64,000 nucleotides of DNA from Eledone cirrhosa. Lineage: Eukaryota. The notes under the pieces are model-generated. The model did not search any database, was not told the DNA's origin, and saw nothing but the letters and a program-made list of their open reading frames with translations. Position numbers and translations under genes: made by a program. Below are positions 36,823 through 48,639 of the stretch, one piece after another. The stretch covers positions 868,001 to 932,000 of the forward strand of contig OZ024746.1 in the NCBI GenBank assembly GCA_964016885.1, in the 5' to 3' direction. Every line of letters begins with the position of its first letter. The first letter of the stretch is position 1.

Positions 36823-37029
36823 TTATAAATTTTCGTACTTCATGTTATGTAGTGCCCGAGAAAGGAATGGGGCGGTTGCAAGTGGCTTTCACCATTGGTC
36901 TGTTGAACCAAGATTTACCTGGGGCTAAAAAACAACAATGTTTATACTTACCTCGAAAGCCAACCATGAATAAGGTGAAATAACATCATAAAATAGTTCG
37001 ACAAGTTTACGAGGTGCTGAGTTCGCCAT
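9513..37029 (-). CDS. GSTK1: Glutathione S-transferase kappa 1 (DsbA-like), 8 coding exons, 690 nt, 229 aa
   Basis: Exons 37029-36952, 33960-33879, 24977-24874, 24018-23890, 23029-22994, 20776-20660, 19208-19115 and 9562-9513 all have GT-AG borders and join in frame: MANSAPRKLVELFYDVISPYSWLAFE/VLSRYKNYWNINLHLKPVFLGGIMAITG/NKPPALVSPEKAKYLFVDVQRMSEYFDVPLKLPA/DPFTTMFGKGSLSAQRFITAIDMMEPQFTGNISQLLWMRIHNQ/DKDITEMKSFQE/VGEQAGMPPDILTKALSSITDLEVKNRLKEYTDEAVEKG/AFGLPTIVTHINNEQQMFFGCDRFPVLALILN/EQWNGPYPVTNHSKL*. Kappa-class motifs are present: FYDVxSPYSW with the catalytic Ser, GNKPP, GSL, AFGLP, FGxDR and WxGP. Confidence 0.96.
9760..10720 (+). mobile_element. Degenerate CR1/L2-group LINE RT fragment interrupted by a SINE piece
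   Basis: Remnant YKAQVKLTMEYC motif near 10390 with multiple stops. Confidence 0.55.
11205..11547 (-). mobile_element. tRNA-head CORE-type SINE with RTE-like (atg)n tail (copies at 18700-18920, 45170-45505; pieces at 29900-30065, 39060-39225)
   Basis: Minus strand reads ggaggcacatggcttagtggttagagc...gagttcaattct, then ccttgagcaagacactttatttcacattgctcc, ending aaatgatgatg. Confidence 0.8.
13270..13820 (-). mobile_element. RTE LINE 3' fragment
   Basis: LKGRLYDACIRTAMLHGSETW and RRLRWYGHVMRM...GRPKKTW. Confidence 0.9.
14156..14479. mobile_element. TA-flanked MITE (related copies at 15690-15895, 23050-23350, 52925-53217)
   Basis: Imperfect TIRs tactctcgggtcccaattaat / attattggagagccgggagta and shared internal sequence. 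Confidence 0.65.
14648..15018. repeat. 23-bp minisatellite, about 16 perfect copies
   Basis: gattctatatataattatggaat. Confidence 0.97.
16845..17222 (-). mobile_element. RTE LINE 3' fragment
   Basis: Nucleotide similarity to 13300-13680. Confidence 0.8.
19115..19208 (-). CDS. GSTK1: GSTK1 exon 7 (94 nt)
   Basis: tcaacag|GCA TTT GGT ... CTC A|gtaagt; AFGLPT...FFGCDRF. Confidence 0.95.
20340..20590. repeat. CT/CA compound microsatellite
   Basis: (ctctccctccctctcacacact)-type units. Confidence 0.9.
20660..20776 (-). CDS. GSTK1: GSTK1 exon 6 (117 nt)
   Basis: ccttctag|GTC ... GGG|gtaagt; AGM...VKNRLKEYTDEAVEKG. Confidence 0.95.
21915..22045. repeat. 33-bp tandem repeat x4 inside a SINE
   Basis: ttatatgagctgtactacttatctggtacttta. 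Confidence 0.92.
22277..22830 (+). mobile_element. CRE-like non-LTR retrotransposon 3' fragment (restriction-like endonuclease); related piece at about 31040-31270
   Basis: GC-rich island encoding GKRPDGMT and AEEAKLSKY...PLAVETSG...LFQHISLTILQENA. Confidence 0.7.
22994..23029 (-). CDS. GSTK1: GSTK1 exon 5 (36 nt)
   Basis: ttattgcag|GAT ... GAG|gtaagt; DKDITEMKSFQE matches the kappa xDITE segment. Confidence 0.92.
23890..24018 (-). CDS. GSTK1: GSTK1 exon 4 (129 nt)
   Basis: tctgtcag|GAT ... CAG|gtatgg; KGSLSAQRFITA...LWMRI. Confidence 0.95.
24150..24856. repeat. GTG/GTA low-complexity repeat in GSTK1 intron 3
   Basis: (gtagtgtgtagtgtggtg)n. Confidence 0.95.
24874..24977 (-). CDS. GSTK1: GSTK1 exon 3 (104 nt)
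   Basis: gttacag|GT AAT AAA CCA ... GCT|gtgagt; GNKPPALVSPEKAKY... Confidence 0.95.
25250..26280 (+). mobile_element. CR1-group LINE 3' portion
   Basis: SGVPQGSVLGPLLFVAYIND...YA; same family as 6612-7600. Confidence 0.92.
26330..26418. mobile_element. Tiny piggyBac-like MITE
   Basis: TTAA|CCCTTT ... AAAGGG|TTAA. Confidence 0.6.
27820..28440. mobile_element. hAT-like MITE with an internal ~26-bp tandem repeat
   Basis: TIR cagaggtggggaacct / aggtttccccatctctg; near-TSD ccttaacc / tcctaacc. Confidence 0.65.
29247..29848. repeat. 55-bp minisatellite, about 11 copies, derived from an RTE/SINE 3' tail
   Basis: aagtagagagatgctgca(c/t)tgagaaggacccatctaacccatgcaagtgtggaac. Confidence 0.95.
32013..32175 (-). 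mobile_element. Penelope-like terminal-repeat remnant with hammerhead-like fold (opposite-strand copy at 12230-12402)
   Basis: Shared taacgcaccagagtactcaatactt.gggtagtagagtgggtaatagg; long terminal stem enclosing CTGACG..GAAA-cggc..gccg-TC. Confidence 0.5.
33548..33860. repeat. acaatgac-based minisatellite next to GSTK1 exon 2
   Basis: Repeated (ac)aatgaca units. Confidence 0.9.
33879..33960 (-). CDS. GSTK1: GSTK1 exon 2 (82 nt)
   Basis: ttgtttcag|GTG ... ACTG|gtaaag; VLSRYKNYWNINLHLKPVFLGGIMAIT-G. Confidence 0.95.
34787..34955. repeat. About 44-bp tandem repeat x4
   Basis: gtgtgacctattgacacacttggtgaagttgacccttgatgtgtg. Confidence 0.85.
36034..36490 (-). mobile_element. Helitron Rep (HUH endonuclease) coding fragment
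   Basis: PRYMHERRQDAMAYVRKFGRPDLFITFTCN...DLIARVF, then after a frameshift IEWQKRGLPHSHTLIW...IISAEL...IHGPC. Confidence 0.9.
36952..37029 (-). CDS. GSTK1: GSTK1 exon 1 (MANSAPRKLVELFYDVISPYSWLAFE)
   Basis: ATG at 37029; donor GAG|GTAAGT; contains the catalytic DVISPYSW motif. Confidence 0.95.
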
Positions 37030-37955
37030 GTTTGTTTTGGACTTTAGACAGCGGAAATGCCATAAACATAGAGGATAGGGGCAGATAACAACGTTGTTGC
37101 TAGATGATGGATTTACAGTTAAGAGTTACTTCCCTTCTCAGATAAACTTAATGCATTAACAGATATGTTAGGTATCCAAGGCGGGGATTGGTAGTAATCG
37201 GTAGAGCGTCGGACATGCTTGGCGGCATATAGTTACGTCCCTTTGTGTTCTGAGTTCAGATCCCGCCGAGGTTAGTTTTGTCTTTCGTCTTTACAAGGTC
37301 GATAAAATAAAGTACCAGTAATACACTGGAGTTGATTTAACCCCCCCCCCCCAAAAAAAAAGGTGGTGAATTGGTAGAGTTGTTAGGACGTCTGTTAGAA
37401 TACTTTGTGGTATTTGTTCTGACTCCCTGTTCTTTGAGTTTTAATCCTGCCAAAGTCAACTTCACCTTTCATCCATTTCTGGTCGATAAAAAAGTACCAG
37501 TCTAATACTGGGGTCGATTCTTTCTCTATATCCCTTTCTCCCATTCTCTCTCTCTCTATCCTTCTCTGGAAGAAATGTACTGGAATAGGCTCCGTCATGT
37601 TTTAAAATGCCCAAGAAACGCTGTATGTGAATACGGCGCCTCTGTGACCCCCCCCCCCCCCAGGAGTTACGGGACTATAGATACAGACATATTTAATGTT
37701 ACAATATCATTTGAACATTTAATTATTAGTATATTGTCTCATTATATATAGAACGTGAGACGGCGTTATTTTTATGAAAGAAATTTCGTTTATATTCTGA
37801 TCCTTTAATCAATATTTAGGGGATGCCCTTATGTATCACAAAGAACATGACAGTGTATTGCTAAGTGTTAGTATTATCTCAATATGACTTTGAGCTTTAA
37901 CATATATCAAGAGAGGCTATATCTAATGTGGAGGACGTGTCGAGGTTTTGTTTAA

Positions 37956-38162
37956 CCCTTTCATGACCACATTTTAACTAATTAATGAAGAGTTTTGATA
38001 CATTTACTAAAACTATTATTTTATTACTAAGATAGTAACTTTATGTAAGGTTCTTATATAAAATTATGCTGGATGATTTTAATTTAAATTGGAAACCTTT
38101 AAAATGGGTGGTTTTATTTCATAGAACCAGAGCTGGTTTTGACTGGGTTGGTAACTAAAGGG
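37956..38162. mobile_element. piggyBac-like MITE (partial copy at about 2830-3005)
   Basis: TTAA|CCCTTT ... AAAGGG|TTAA; internal sequence shared with 2840-3003. Confidence 0.75.
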
Positions 38163-38696
38163 TTAAATGATAAAGAATTACTATTTCTTTTTTTTACTAA
38201 TCTAGCTATTGGAGTTGATTTTATTTCAAGAAATGGGTTCATACATACATGGATGACACCTAAATTGTATCTGTTGACACGAGATACATCTTAGTAGCAA
38301 TAAAAATAAATATTACTCATCAAAGCAACAAGTTCCCATCAATTTGTCTCAAGAACTACAATATTATCATAGTTTAACACATCATCACCGTTTTACGCCC
38401 ATTTTTCCATGCATGGGTTGACTGGCTCCCTTCCAGCACAACATTTGTGATTATATTCATCATCATTGTCATCATTTTAATGTCCGCTTTCCCTGCTAGT
38501 AAGGGTTGGAGGGGTCTACATAGACCAAGTCAGTACTGAAGTGGTGGCTACTGAGCTCCCAGACAAGCTAGTGATCTGCATCTCGTTTATGTACAGTTGT
38601 GCACAAGGGAGGTTGTCATGTCTTTAATACAACTGAGGGTCCTCTCAATCATTTGTTTGGTAAGATTTCTACAACTGGATGCCCTTCATATCACCA

Positions 38697-38759
<63 letters not shown>

Positions 38760-40469
38760 ACAGGAGAGGATTGGGTTCTGCCAGGTTGAAAAATCCCCAT
38801 GATCCTCTCAGGAATAAGTGGGCAAAGAAGAAAAGGGTTTAAAAATATCCTAGAAACGTCATATATGAATATGGTGCCCTTTGTCTTCCTCAGGAGTTAC
38901 AGGACCATATTTAAAGGGTAAAGAACCCCCCCCCCCCCCCTCACGACTGACCACGTGTTTTGCACCTAGAAACACAAGCCTGTGCAAGTTGTTTTTTGTG
39001 GAAGCAGTCACTCTTGTATACCAGTCTTCCTTTAACACATCCCTATAAGTTGACTCAAGGAAAAGCAATGGCCAATACAGCTTGGCACGGGTGATGTAAC
39101 AACTCATTTCTACAGCTGAATGAATTGGAGGAATATGAAATAAAGTGTCTTGCTCAAGGACATCACCTGGTCTGGGAATCAAACTTACAACATCCTGATT
39201 GTGAATCTCTAACCACTGAGCCACCTAGCTCTCTCTCATCATTTTACGTCTGCTTTTCTCTGCTTGCAAGGGTTGGACGGGTCCTATTCAGCACACTCTC
39301 CATTCATCATGGTCCTTTGTCATCTCCTCCATGAGCTTCAGTGATCTGAGGTCAGCTCTCATCACCTCTGCCTGTGTTTTTCGTGGTCTTCCTCTACTAC
39401 TTCTTCCTTTTGTTGGTTGGTTCGATAACCGGAAGGTTGTTTATTTATTATCAAAGCTCTTTCGTCACACATTCTATGACCTCCTCAGTGACTAGGTTTT
39501 TATTGTCTCTCTCCTTTGTTCTGTTCTACACTCTCTTGTTTTTGTTTGTTGTGTGCTTAGTTTTCGCATGCATTACATTTGGGTGTGTGTGTTATTATTT
39601 ATTTATTTATGTGTTTATTTATTTGTCACTGGTTGGTTGTTCTATCTGTGTGTATCTGATTTGTTTTGTTAGTTTGGTTTTTGCGTGTGTCTGTATGTCT
39701 TCATTTTGTCCTTAATTACTAGTTGTGATGTTGCTATTCCACTCGTGTTTTCTGTTTAATTTTGGTTGGAGTTTATATTTGTTGCCTCTGTAATTTGTCT
39801 GAGCATTGCATCTTTCCTGTCTGTGTGTGGATATAATTTTTATCTCTATGTTCTCTAATGTGTCTCTATGTTCTATTTTGTCATGTTGGTGGAATACTGA
39901 TGAGTTTTTCCCATCTTGGAGTCCTCGCCAATGTTCACTTTTCCTTTCTGTTATGCTATGGGCTGTTTCACCTATGTATGTTATGCTCTTATTCCTATAC
40001 TAGTAATTGTATATTTGGTTAAGTTGTCTACTGACTATAGGTTAACTTTGTACATAGGGAAGGTGGGTCTTCTGTATTACTGTATAGCGCCAAAGATCTC
40101 GATCCAGTGACATTGTCTTAGAGAGGTGTATATATATATAATTATATAATGCTTATCTGGCAACGCTATTTCTGTTTGTGATGAGATACAACCCCATCTA
40201 AAGCCAACTTGGGCTAAATTGAATAATCTTGATCTTCATAAAATGTTCTTGATAGATAAATTGATTGATAGGTAGAACAACCCCATCATAATTTAATGTT
40301 TGGTAATGATTAAATAACATGAAATATGGAGATGGACAGAATGAGAAGAGGGAGAAGGATTTAAGCATCTTTACACAGAAGGTTGTAATCAAGGAATTAT
40401 TATATTAAATATCTTTTACTATAAACCCCCACCGTCATTTTTAAAAGGTACTATGCTAGTACATAAAAA

Positions 40470-41626
40470 TAATAATAATAATGAAAATATTGTGTACAGT
40501 GCTCAGGTGCACTACAACTCATCAAAAAGTGTATGTATAGTACATAGGGTAATGTACAAACGTCAGGAAAATGAACAGTGCATGAGTCATGATATACACA
40601 TGTGTGCATGTGTATGGAAGGGGTACATCAGATGTAGCTTTGGCGAATTTCGGGAAGCATGAGGGTTTTAAAGGATGCAGTGTCTCGGCTTTTAACAACT
40701 GACGCAGGCAGTTTGTTCCATGCTTCAGCAACTCTGAGGGTGAAAAAATGTTTCCAAAAGTCATGGGAGCTGTGCTGTTTTCTGACTTTGTAAGCATGTC
40801 CACGTGTGTTAGACACATGGAGATCAAAAAGGTGCTCAGAGTTGTTGTTGGCGAGATGGTTAATAACTTTGTGGGTGTTTACCAAGTCCATTGCCAGACG
40901 TCGGAGCTTCAATGAATCCATGCCCAGGGAAGCAAGGCGTTCAGAGTATGGTAGGTGTCTGATGGAGGGTATGCGCTTGGTTGCACGTTTCCGAACAGTT
41001 TCCAGGAGGTCAATGTTCTGAGCAAGATAGGGATTCCAGACTGATGATGCGAATTCCAAGTGTGGTCGTACCATAGCTGTATACAGCTTTAAATAGATGG
41101 CTGGAGAGCGGTTAACGAAGGTCTTGCTGAGTGATGCCAAGGCACCCTCGGCCTTCTTGACAATTTTAGAGATGTGCTTTGTCCAACGCAAATCGCTGCT
41201 GACAGTAATGTCCAGGTCACATTCACAAGAGGACTTATTGATATCAGTGTTGTGGAGGGAGTATGTGGATGCTGGATTTTTCCTCCCAAAATGCATGGTG
41301 TGGTGGTACACTTGTCCACAGCCAGCTTCAGTTGCCAGTCTGTGATCCATTGTTGCATTGTGTCCAGGTCTGATTGTAGGAAAGAGTTATAGATTTCAGG
41401 ATCAGTCCTTTTGATTTCAAGGTACAGCTTGATGTCATCTGCATATTTCAGTACTGTGGCATTCTTTAAGTTGGCATCTCTGTCATTAATATATGCCACA
41501 AACAAAAGGGGACCAAGATCAGATCCCTGTGGTACACCAGATGACATTTCATATGGTGAAGAATGCTGTCCTAGAACCGTGACTACCTCTTTTCGGCTGA
41601 GAATGAAGGATTTCAACCATAGATAG
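40470..41626 (-). mobile_element. CR1-group LINE 3' portion
   Basis: SGVPQGS.LGPLLF...KYADDIKLY and VRPHLEFASSVWNPY; poly(att) tail at the left end. Confidence 0.94.
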
Positions 41627-42989
41627 TTACTATAGAGAGATAACTATAGATTGACAGTCAGACAGATAGATGGACTAGCAGATAGCTAGGTAGATAGGTA
41701 GACAGACAGATGGGTAGGTAGATAAATAGATAAGATAGGCGGATGTATTCATAATCTGACAATACATAGATATATAGGTAGTTATAGATATATTTCTTTA
41801 TTTGCCACAAGGGTGCACAAGAAAAGGGAACAATACAAAGACATACGGCGGGTATTTTACATAGTCGTGTAAAAAAAGGTTTGAACATAAAAATATAACA
41901 ATCGAAGTCCCCAATAGGGGGGAGGCGTTACAAATGGGTTGCTTTATACTCCGTAGATAGAACAACCCTCAATTAACTATTGTTTCACTACTCGCTATCT
42001 TGCCAACACTTTTGTGAAAGAGAGAGTTGTAGGGAGGGTAGAAGATATCAATATTATCATTTCCTTAAATACATTTATCACAAAGTAGTTGTCATTTGAC
42101 ACTTGTGTTTTATTATAAAGATATATACTGGCAAATAGCTTGGTTGGTGGGTCAGTTGATATGGAACTGTAGTTTTAAGACAACGGGGCTCTACTTGACA
42201 TAGATTTTAGTTAATTTATTCTGTTGTTATAGAAAATTATGCCAGTGTACACTACATATGTATGTAATTATCAGTAAATGATAGCAATAAAGAAATAGAT
42301 TTAGGATTGATTAGTAAAATATTTAATAACTACTTCGGTATAGACATTGTATATCTGGGACTATTACCAAATTTATATGGGTCTTTTCTTCTCTCTTTCT
42401 CCCCCTCTCTCTCTTTCTCTCTTTCTATACACACACATATACATACGTATATCACATATATACATACGTACATATGTACATATATATGTACATATATACA
42501 TACATATGTACATATATACACATGTATATATGTGTGTGTGAGTAGAGAGACCTTATGAAGGCATTTATTACAATAATGGATTGTTCATATTTCAAAGAAG
42601 CAAATAATGACATCTTTAACTTTGCTGATTAACACACTCCATATTGCCAAATGATAAAATGCACTGAATTAGGGGCAAATGCTGTGCTAGATAAACAGCA
42701 GAATTATTTAGTTAAAATACACTAAATAATTGTTCCTACTTTTGGCACAAAGCCAGCAATTATCCCAGTGCATTACTGGTACTTTATTTTATCGACCCCG
42801 TAAGGATGAAAGGCAAAGTTAACCTCGGTGGGATTTGAACTCAGAATGGCAAGGGGCGTAACTCTATGCGTCAAAGCATGGCATCCGACCCTCAACCGGT
42901 ACGGCCAACCCACCGCCCTAAAGTACACTAAATAATGAGGTTAAATAAAACATATTACAAAGTATTAAAGGAACTGCACTGGTTAGATG

Positions 42990-44794
42990 TCACATTACTG
43001 TTAACTGGTGGTAGACATTACTGTTAACTGATGGTAGACATTACTGTTAACTGATGGTAGACATTACTGTTAACTGATGGTAGACATTACTGTTAACTGA
43101 TGGTAGACATTACTGTTAACTGATGGTAGACATTACTGTTAACTGATGGTAGACATTAATGTTAACTGATGGTAGACATTACTGATAACTGATGGTAGAC
43201 ATTACTGTTAACTGATGGTAGACATTACTGATAACTGATGGTAGACATTACTGTTAACTGATGGTAGACATTACTGTTAACTGATGGTAGACATTACTGT
43301 TAACTGATGGTAGACATTACTGATAACTGATGGTAGACATTACTGTTAACTGGTGGTAGACATTACTGTTAACTGATGGTAGACATTACTGATAACTGAT
43401 GGTAGACATTACTGTTAACTGATGGCAGACATTACTGTTAACTGATGGTAGACATTACTGTTAACTGATGGTAGACATTACTGTTAACTGATGGTAGACA
43501 TTACTGTTAACTGATGGTAGACATTACTGATAACTGATGGTAGACATTACTGTTAACTGATGGTAGACATTACTGATAACTGATGGTAGACATTACTGTT
43601 AACTGATGGTAGACATTACTGTTAACTGATGGTAGACATTACTGTTAACTGATGGTAGACATCACTGTTAACTGATGGTAGACATTACTGTTAACTGATG
43701 GTAGACATTACTGATAACTGATGGTAGACATTACTGTTAACTGATGGTAGACATTACTGTTAACTGATGGTAGACATCACTGTTAACTGATGGTAGACAT
43801 TACTGATAACTGATGGTAGACATTACTGATAACTGATGGTAGACATTACTGTTAACTGATGGTAGACATTACTGTTAACTGATGGTAGACATCACTGTTA
43901 ACTGATGGTAGACATTACTGTTAACTGATGGTAGACATTACTGATAACTGGTGCTAGACATTACTGTTAACTGATGGTAGACATTACTGTTAACTGATGG
44001 TAGACATTACTGATAACTGATGGTAGACATTACTGTTAACTGATGGTAGACATTACTGATAACTGATGGTAGACATTACTGTTAACTGATGGTAGACATT
44101 ACTGATAACTAATTAGGTGGAAGACATCAGTGTTAACTGGTGGTAGACATAACTGTTAACTAGTTAGGTGGTAGACATTACTGTTAACTGGTGGTAGACA
44201 TTACTGTTAACTAGTTAGGTAGTAGACATTACTGTTAACTGATGGTAGACATTACTGTTAACTGATGGTAGACATTACTGTTAACTGATGGTAGACATTA
44301 CTGTTAACTGATGGTAGACATTACTGATAACTGATGGTAGACATTACTGTTAACTGATGGTAGACATTACTGTTAACTGATGGTAGACATTACTGTTAAC
44401 TGGTGGTAGACATTACTGTTAACTGGTGGTAGACATTACTGTTAACCGGTGGTAGACATTACTGTTAACTAGTGGTAGACATTACTGTTAACTGGTGGTA
44501 GACATTACTGTTTACTGGTGGTAGAGATTACTGTTAACTAGTTAGGTAGTAGAGATTACTGTTAACTTATGGTAGACATTACTGTTAACTGGTGGTAGAC
44601 ATTACTGTTAACTGGTGGTAGACATTACTGTTAACCGGTGGTAGACATTACTGTTAACTAGTGGTAGACATTACTGTTAACCGGTGGTAGACAATACTGT
44701 TAACTGGTGGTAGACATTACTGTTAACCGGTGGTAGACATTACTGTTAACAAGTTAGGTGGTAGACATTACTGTTAACTAGTTAGGTGGTAGAC
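42990..44794. repeat. 23-bp minisatellite array 1
   Basis: gtagacattactgttaactgatg. Confidence 0.98.
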
Positions 44795-46436
44795 AATAGA
44801 TAAGATAGGCGGATGTATTCATAATCTGACAATACATAGATATATAGGTAGTTATAGATATATTTCTTTATTTGCCACAAGGGTGCACAAGAAAAGGGAA
44901 CAATACAAAGACATACGGCGGGTATTTTACATAGTCGTGTAAAAAAAGGTTTGAACATAAAAATATAACAATCGAAGTCCCCAATAGGGGGGAGGCATTA
45001 CAAATGGGTTGCTTTATACTCCGTAGATAGAACAACCCTCAATTAACTATTGTTTCACTACTCGCTATCTTGCCAACACTTTTGTGAAAGAGAGAGTTGT
45101 AGGGAGGGTAGAAGATATCAATATTATCATTTCCTTAAATACATTTATCACAAAGTAGTTGTCATTTGATATCATCATCATTTTACGTCCACTTTTCCCT
45201 GCTTGCAAGGGTTGGAGGGGAACTGATTGTGGCTTGATTTCTACAGCTGGATGCCCTTCCTAACACCAACCTCATTTACAGTGAGTGCTGGGTGGTTTTT
45301 GCTGTGGCACCTCCACGACCACTTTGCAGTGGAATGATAGGGACCCTAGTCCCTATCATCTCATTTCTACAGCTGAATAAACTGGAGCAATGTGAAATAA
45401 AGTGTCTTACTCAAGGAAACAACACATCACCCGGTCTGAGAATTGAACTCACAACCTTTCGATTGCAAGGCCAATGCTCTAACCACTAAGTCATTAACCT
45501 CCATGTTATATTATAAAGATATATACTGGCCAGGCAAATAGCTTGGTTGGTGGGTCAGTTGATATGGAACTGTAGTTTTAAGAGGAGGGGGTTCTACTTG
45601 ACATAGATTTTAGTTCATTTATTCTTTTGTTATAGAAAATTATGCAGTGTACACTACATATGTATGTAATTATCAGTAAATGATAGCAATAAAGAAATAG
45701 ATTTAGGGTTGATTAGTAAAATATTTAATAACTACTTCGGTATAGACATTTTATATCTGGGACTATTACCAAATTTATATGGGTCTTTTTTTCTCTCTTT
45801 CTCTCTTTCTCCGCCTGCCTCTCTTACTCTCTTTCTATACACACACATATACATACGTATATCACATATATACATACGTACATACGTATATATATATGTA
45901 CATATATACATACGTATATACGTACGTATATACGTATATATGTACATACATATGTACATATATACACATGTATATATGTGTGTGTGAGTAGAGAGACCTT
46001 ATGAAGGCATTTATTACAATAATGGATTGTTCATATTTCAAAGAAGCAAATAATGACATCTTTAACTTTGCTGATTAACACACTCCATGTTGCCAAATGA
46101 TAAAATGCACTGAATTAGGGGCAAATGCTGTGCTAGATAAACAGCAGAATTATTTAGTTAAAGTACACTAAATAATTGTTTCTACTTTTGGGACAAAGCC
46201 ACCAATTATCCCAGTGCATTACTGGTACTTTATTTTATCGACCCCGTAAGGATGAAAGGCAAAGTTAACCTCGGCGGGATTTGAACTCAGAATGGCAAGG
46301 GGCGTAACTCTATGCGTCAAAGCATGGCATCCGACCCTCCACCGGTACTGCCAACCCACCGCCCTAAAGTACACTAAATAATGAGGTTAAATAAAACATA
46401 TTACAAAGTATTAAAGGAACTGCACTGGTTAGATGT

Positions 46437-48625
46437 CGCATTACTGTTAACTGGTGGTAGATATTACTGTTAACTGATGGTAGACATTACTGTTAACTGA
46501 TGGTAGACATTACTGTTAACTGATGGTAGACATTACTGCTAACTGATGGTAGACATCACTGTTAACTGATGGTAGACATTACTGTTAACTGGTGGTAGAC
46601 ATTACTGTTAACTGATGGTAGACATTACTGTATGGTTACATTACTGTTAACTGATGGTAGACATTACTGTTAACTGATGATTACATTACTGTTAACTGGT
46701 GGTAGACATTACTGTTAACTGATGGTAGACATTACTGTATGGTTACATTACTGTTAACTGATGGTAGACATTACTGTTAACTGATGGTAGACATTACTGT
46801 TAACTGATGGTTACATTACTGTTAACTGGTGGTAGACATTACTGTTAACCGATGGTAGACATTACTGTTAACTGATGGTTACAGTACTGTTAACTGGTGG
46901 TAGACATTACTGTTAACCGATGGTAGACATTACTGTTAACCGACGGTTACATTACTGTTAACTGGTGGTAGACATTACTGTCAACTGATGGTAGACATTA
47001 CTGTTAACTGATGGTTACATTACTGTTAACTGGTGGTAGATATTACTGTTAACTGATGGTAGACATTACTGTTAACTGATGGTAGACATTACTGTTAACT
47101 GGTGGTAGACATTACTGTTAACTGATGGTAGACATTACTGTTAACCGATGGTTACATTACTGTTAACTGGTGGTAGACATTACTGTTAACTGATGGTAGA
47201 CATTACTGTTAACTGATGGTTACATTACTGTTAACTGGTGGTATATATTACTGTTAACTGATGGTAGACATTACTGTTAACTGATGGTAGACATTACTGT
47301 TAACTGGTGGTAGACATTACTGTTAACTGATGGTAGACATTACTGTTAACCGATGGTTACATTACTGTTAACTGGTGGTAGATATTACTGTTAACTGATG
47401 GTAGACATTACTGTTAACTGATGGTAGACATTACTGTTAACTGGTGGTAGACATTACTGTTAACTGGTGGTAGACATTACTGTTAACTGGTGGTAGACAT
47501 TACTGTTAACTGATGGTAGACATTACTGTTAACTGATGGTAGATATTACTGTTAACTGATGGTAGACATTACTGTTAACTGGTGGTAGACATTACTGTTA
47601 ACTGGTGGTAGACATTACTGTTAACTGGTGGTAGACATTACTGTTAACGGATGGTAGACATTACTGTTAACTGATGGTAGACATTACTGTTAACTGATGG
47701 TAGACATTACTGTTAACTGGTGGTAGACATTACTGTTAACTGGTGGTAGACATTACTGTTAACTGGTGGTAGACATTACTGTTAACTAGTGGCAGACATT
47801 ACTGTTAACTGATGGTAGACATTACTGTTAACTAGTGGTAGACATTACTCTCAACTAATTAGGTGGAAGACATTACTGTTAACTGGTGGTAGACATTACT
47901 GTTAACTAGTTAGGTGGTAGACATTACTGTTAACTGGTGGTAGACATTACTGTTAACTGGTGATAGATATTACTGTTAATTAGTTAGGTGGTAGACATTA
48001 ATGTTAACTGGTGGTAGACATTACTGTTAACTGGTGATAGACATTACTGTTAACTGGTGGTAGACATTACTGTTAACTGGTGGTAGACATTACTGTTAAC
48101 TGGTGGTAGACATTTCTGTTAACTGGTGGTAGACATTTCTGTTAACTGGTGGTAGACATTACTGTTAACTGGTGGTAGACATTACTGTTAACTGGTGATA
48201 GATATTACTGTTAACTAGTTAGGTGGTAGACATTACTGTTAACTGGTGGTAGACATTACTGTTAACTAGTGGTAGACATTACTGTTAACTGGTGGTAGAC
48301 ATTACTGTTAACTGGTGCTAGATATTACTGTTAACTAGTTAGGTGGTAGACATTACTGTTAACTGGTGGTAGACATTACTGTTAACTAGTGGTAGACATT
48401 ACTGTTAACTGGTGCTAGATATTACTTTAAACTGGTGGTAGACATTACTGTTAACTGGTGGTAGACATTACTGTTAACTGATGGTTACATTACTGTTAAC
48501 TGGTGGTAGACATTACTGTTAACTGGTGGTAGACATTAGTGTTAACTGGTGGTAGACATTTCTGTTAACTGGTGGTAGACATTACTGTTAACTGATGGTA
48601 GACATTACTGTTAACTAGTTAGATG
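46437..48625. repeat. 23-bp minisatellite array 2
   Basis: gtagacattactgttaactg(a/g)tg. Confidence 0.98.
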
Positions 48626-48639
48626 TCAGATATTGCTTT

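Larger units (their letters stand above)
41725..48625. repeat. Tandem duplication of a ~1.27 kb unique block plus minisatellite (copy 1 41725-44794, copy 2 44795-48625)
   Basis: aatagataagataggcggatg... recurs at 41725 and 44795 and stays colinear into each 23-bp array. Confidence 0.95.

Noticed and set aside
42990-48625. Regular 23-bp repeats resembling a CRISPR array
   Set aside because: Head-to-tail units with no unique spacers, eukaryotic context and no cas genes; this is a minisatellite.
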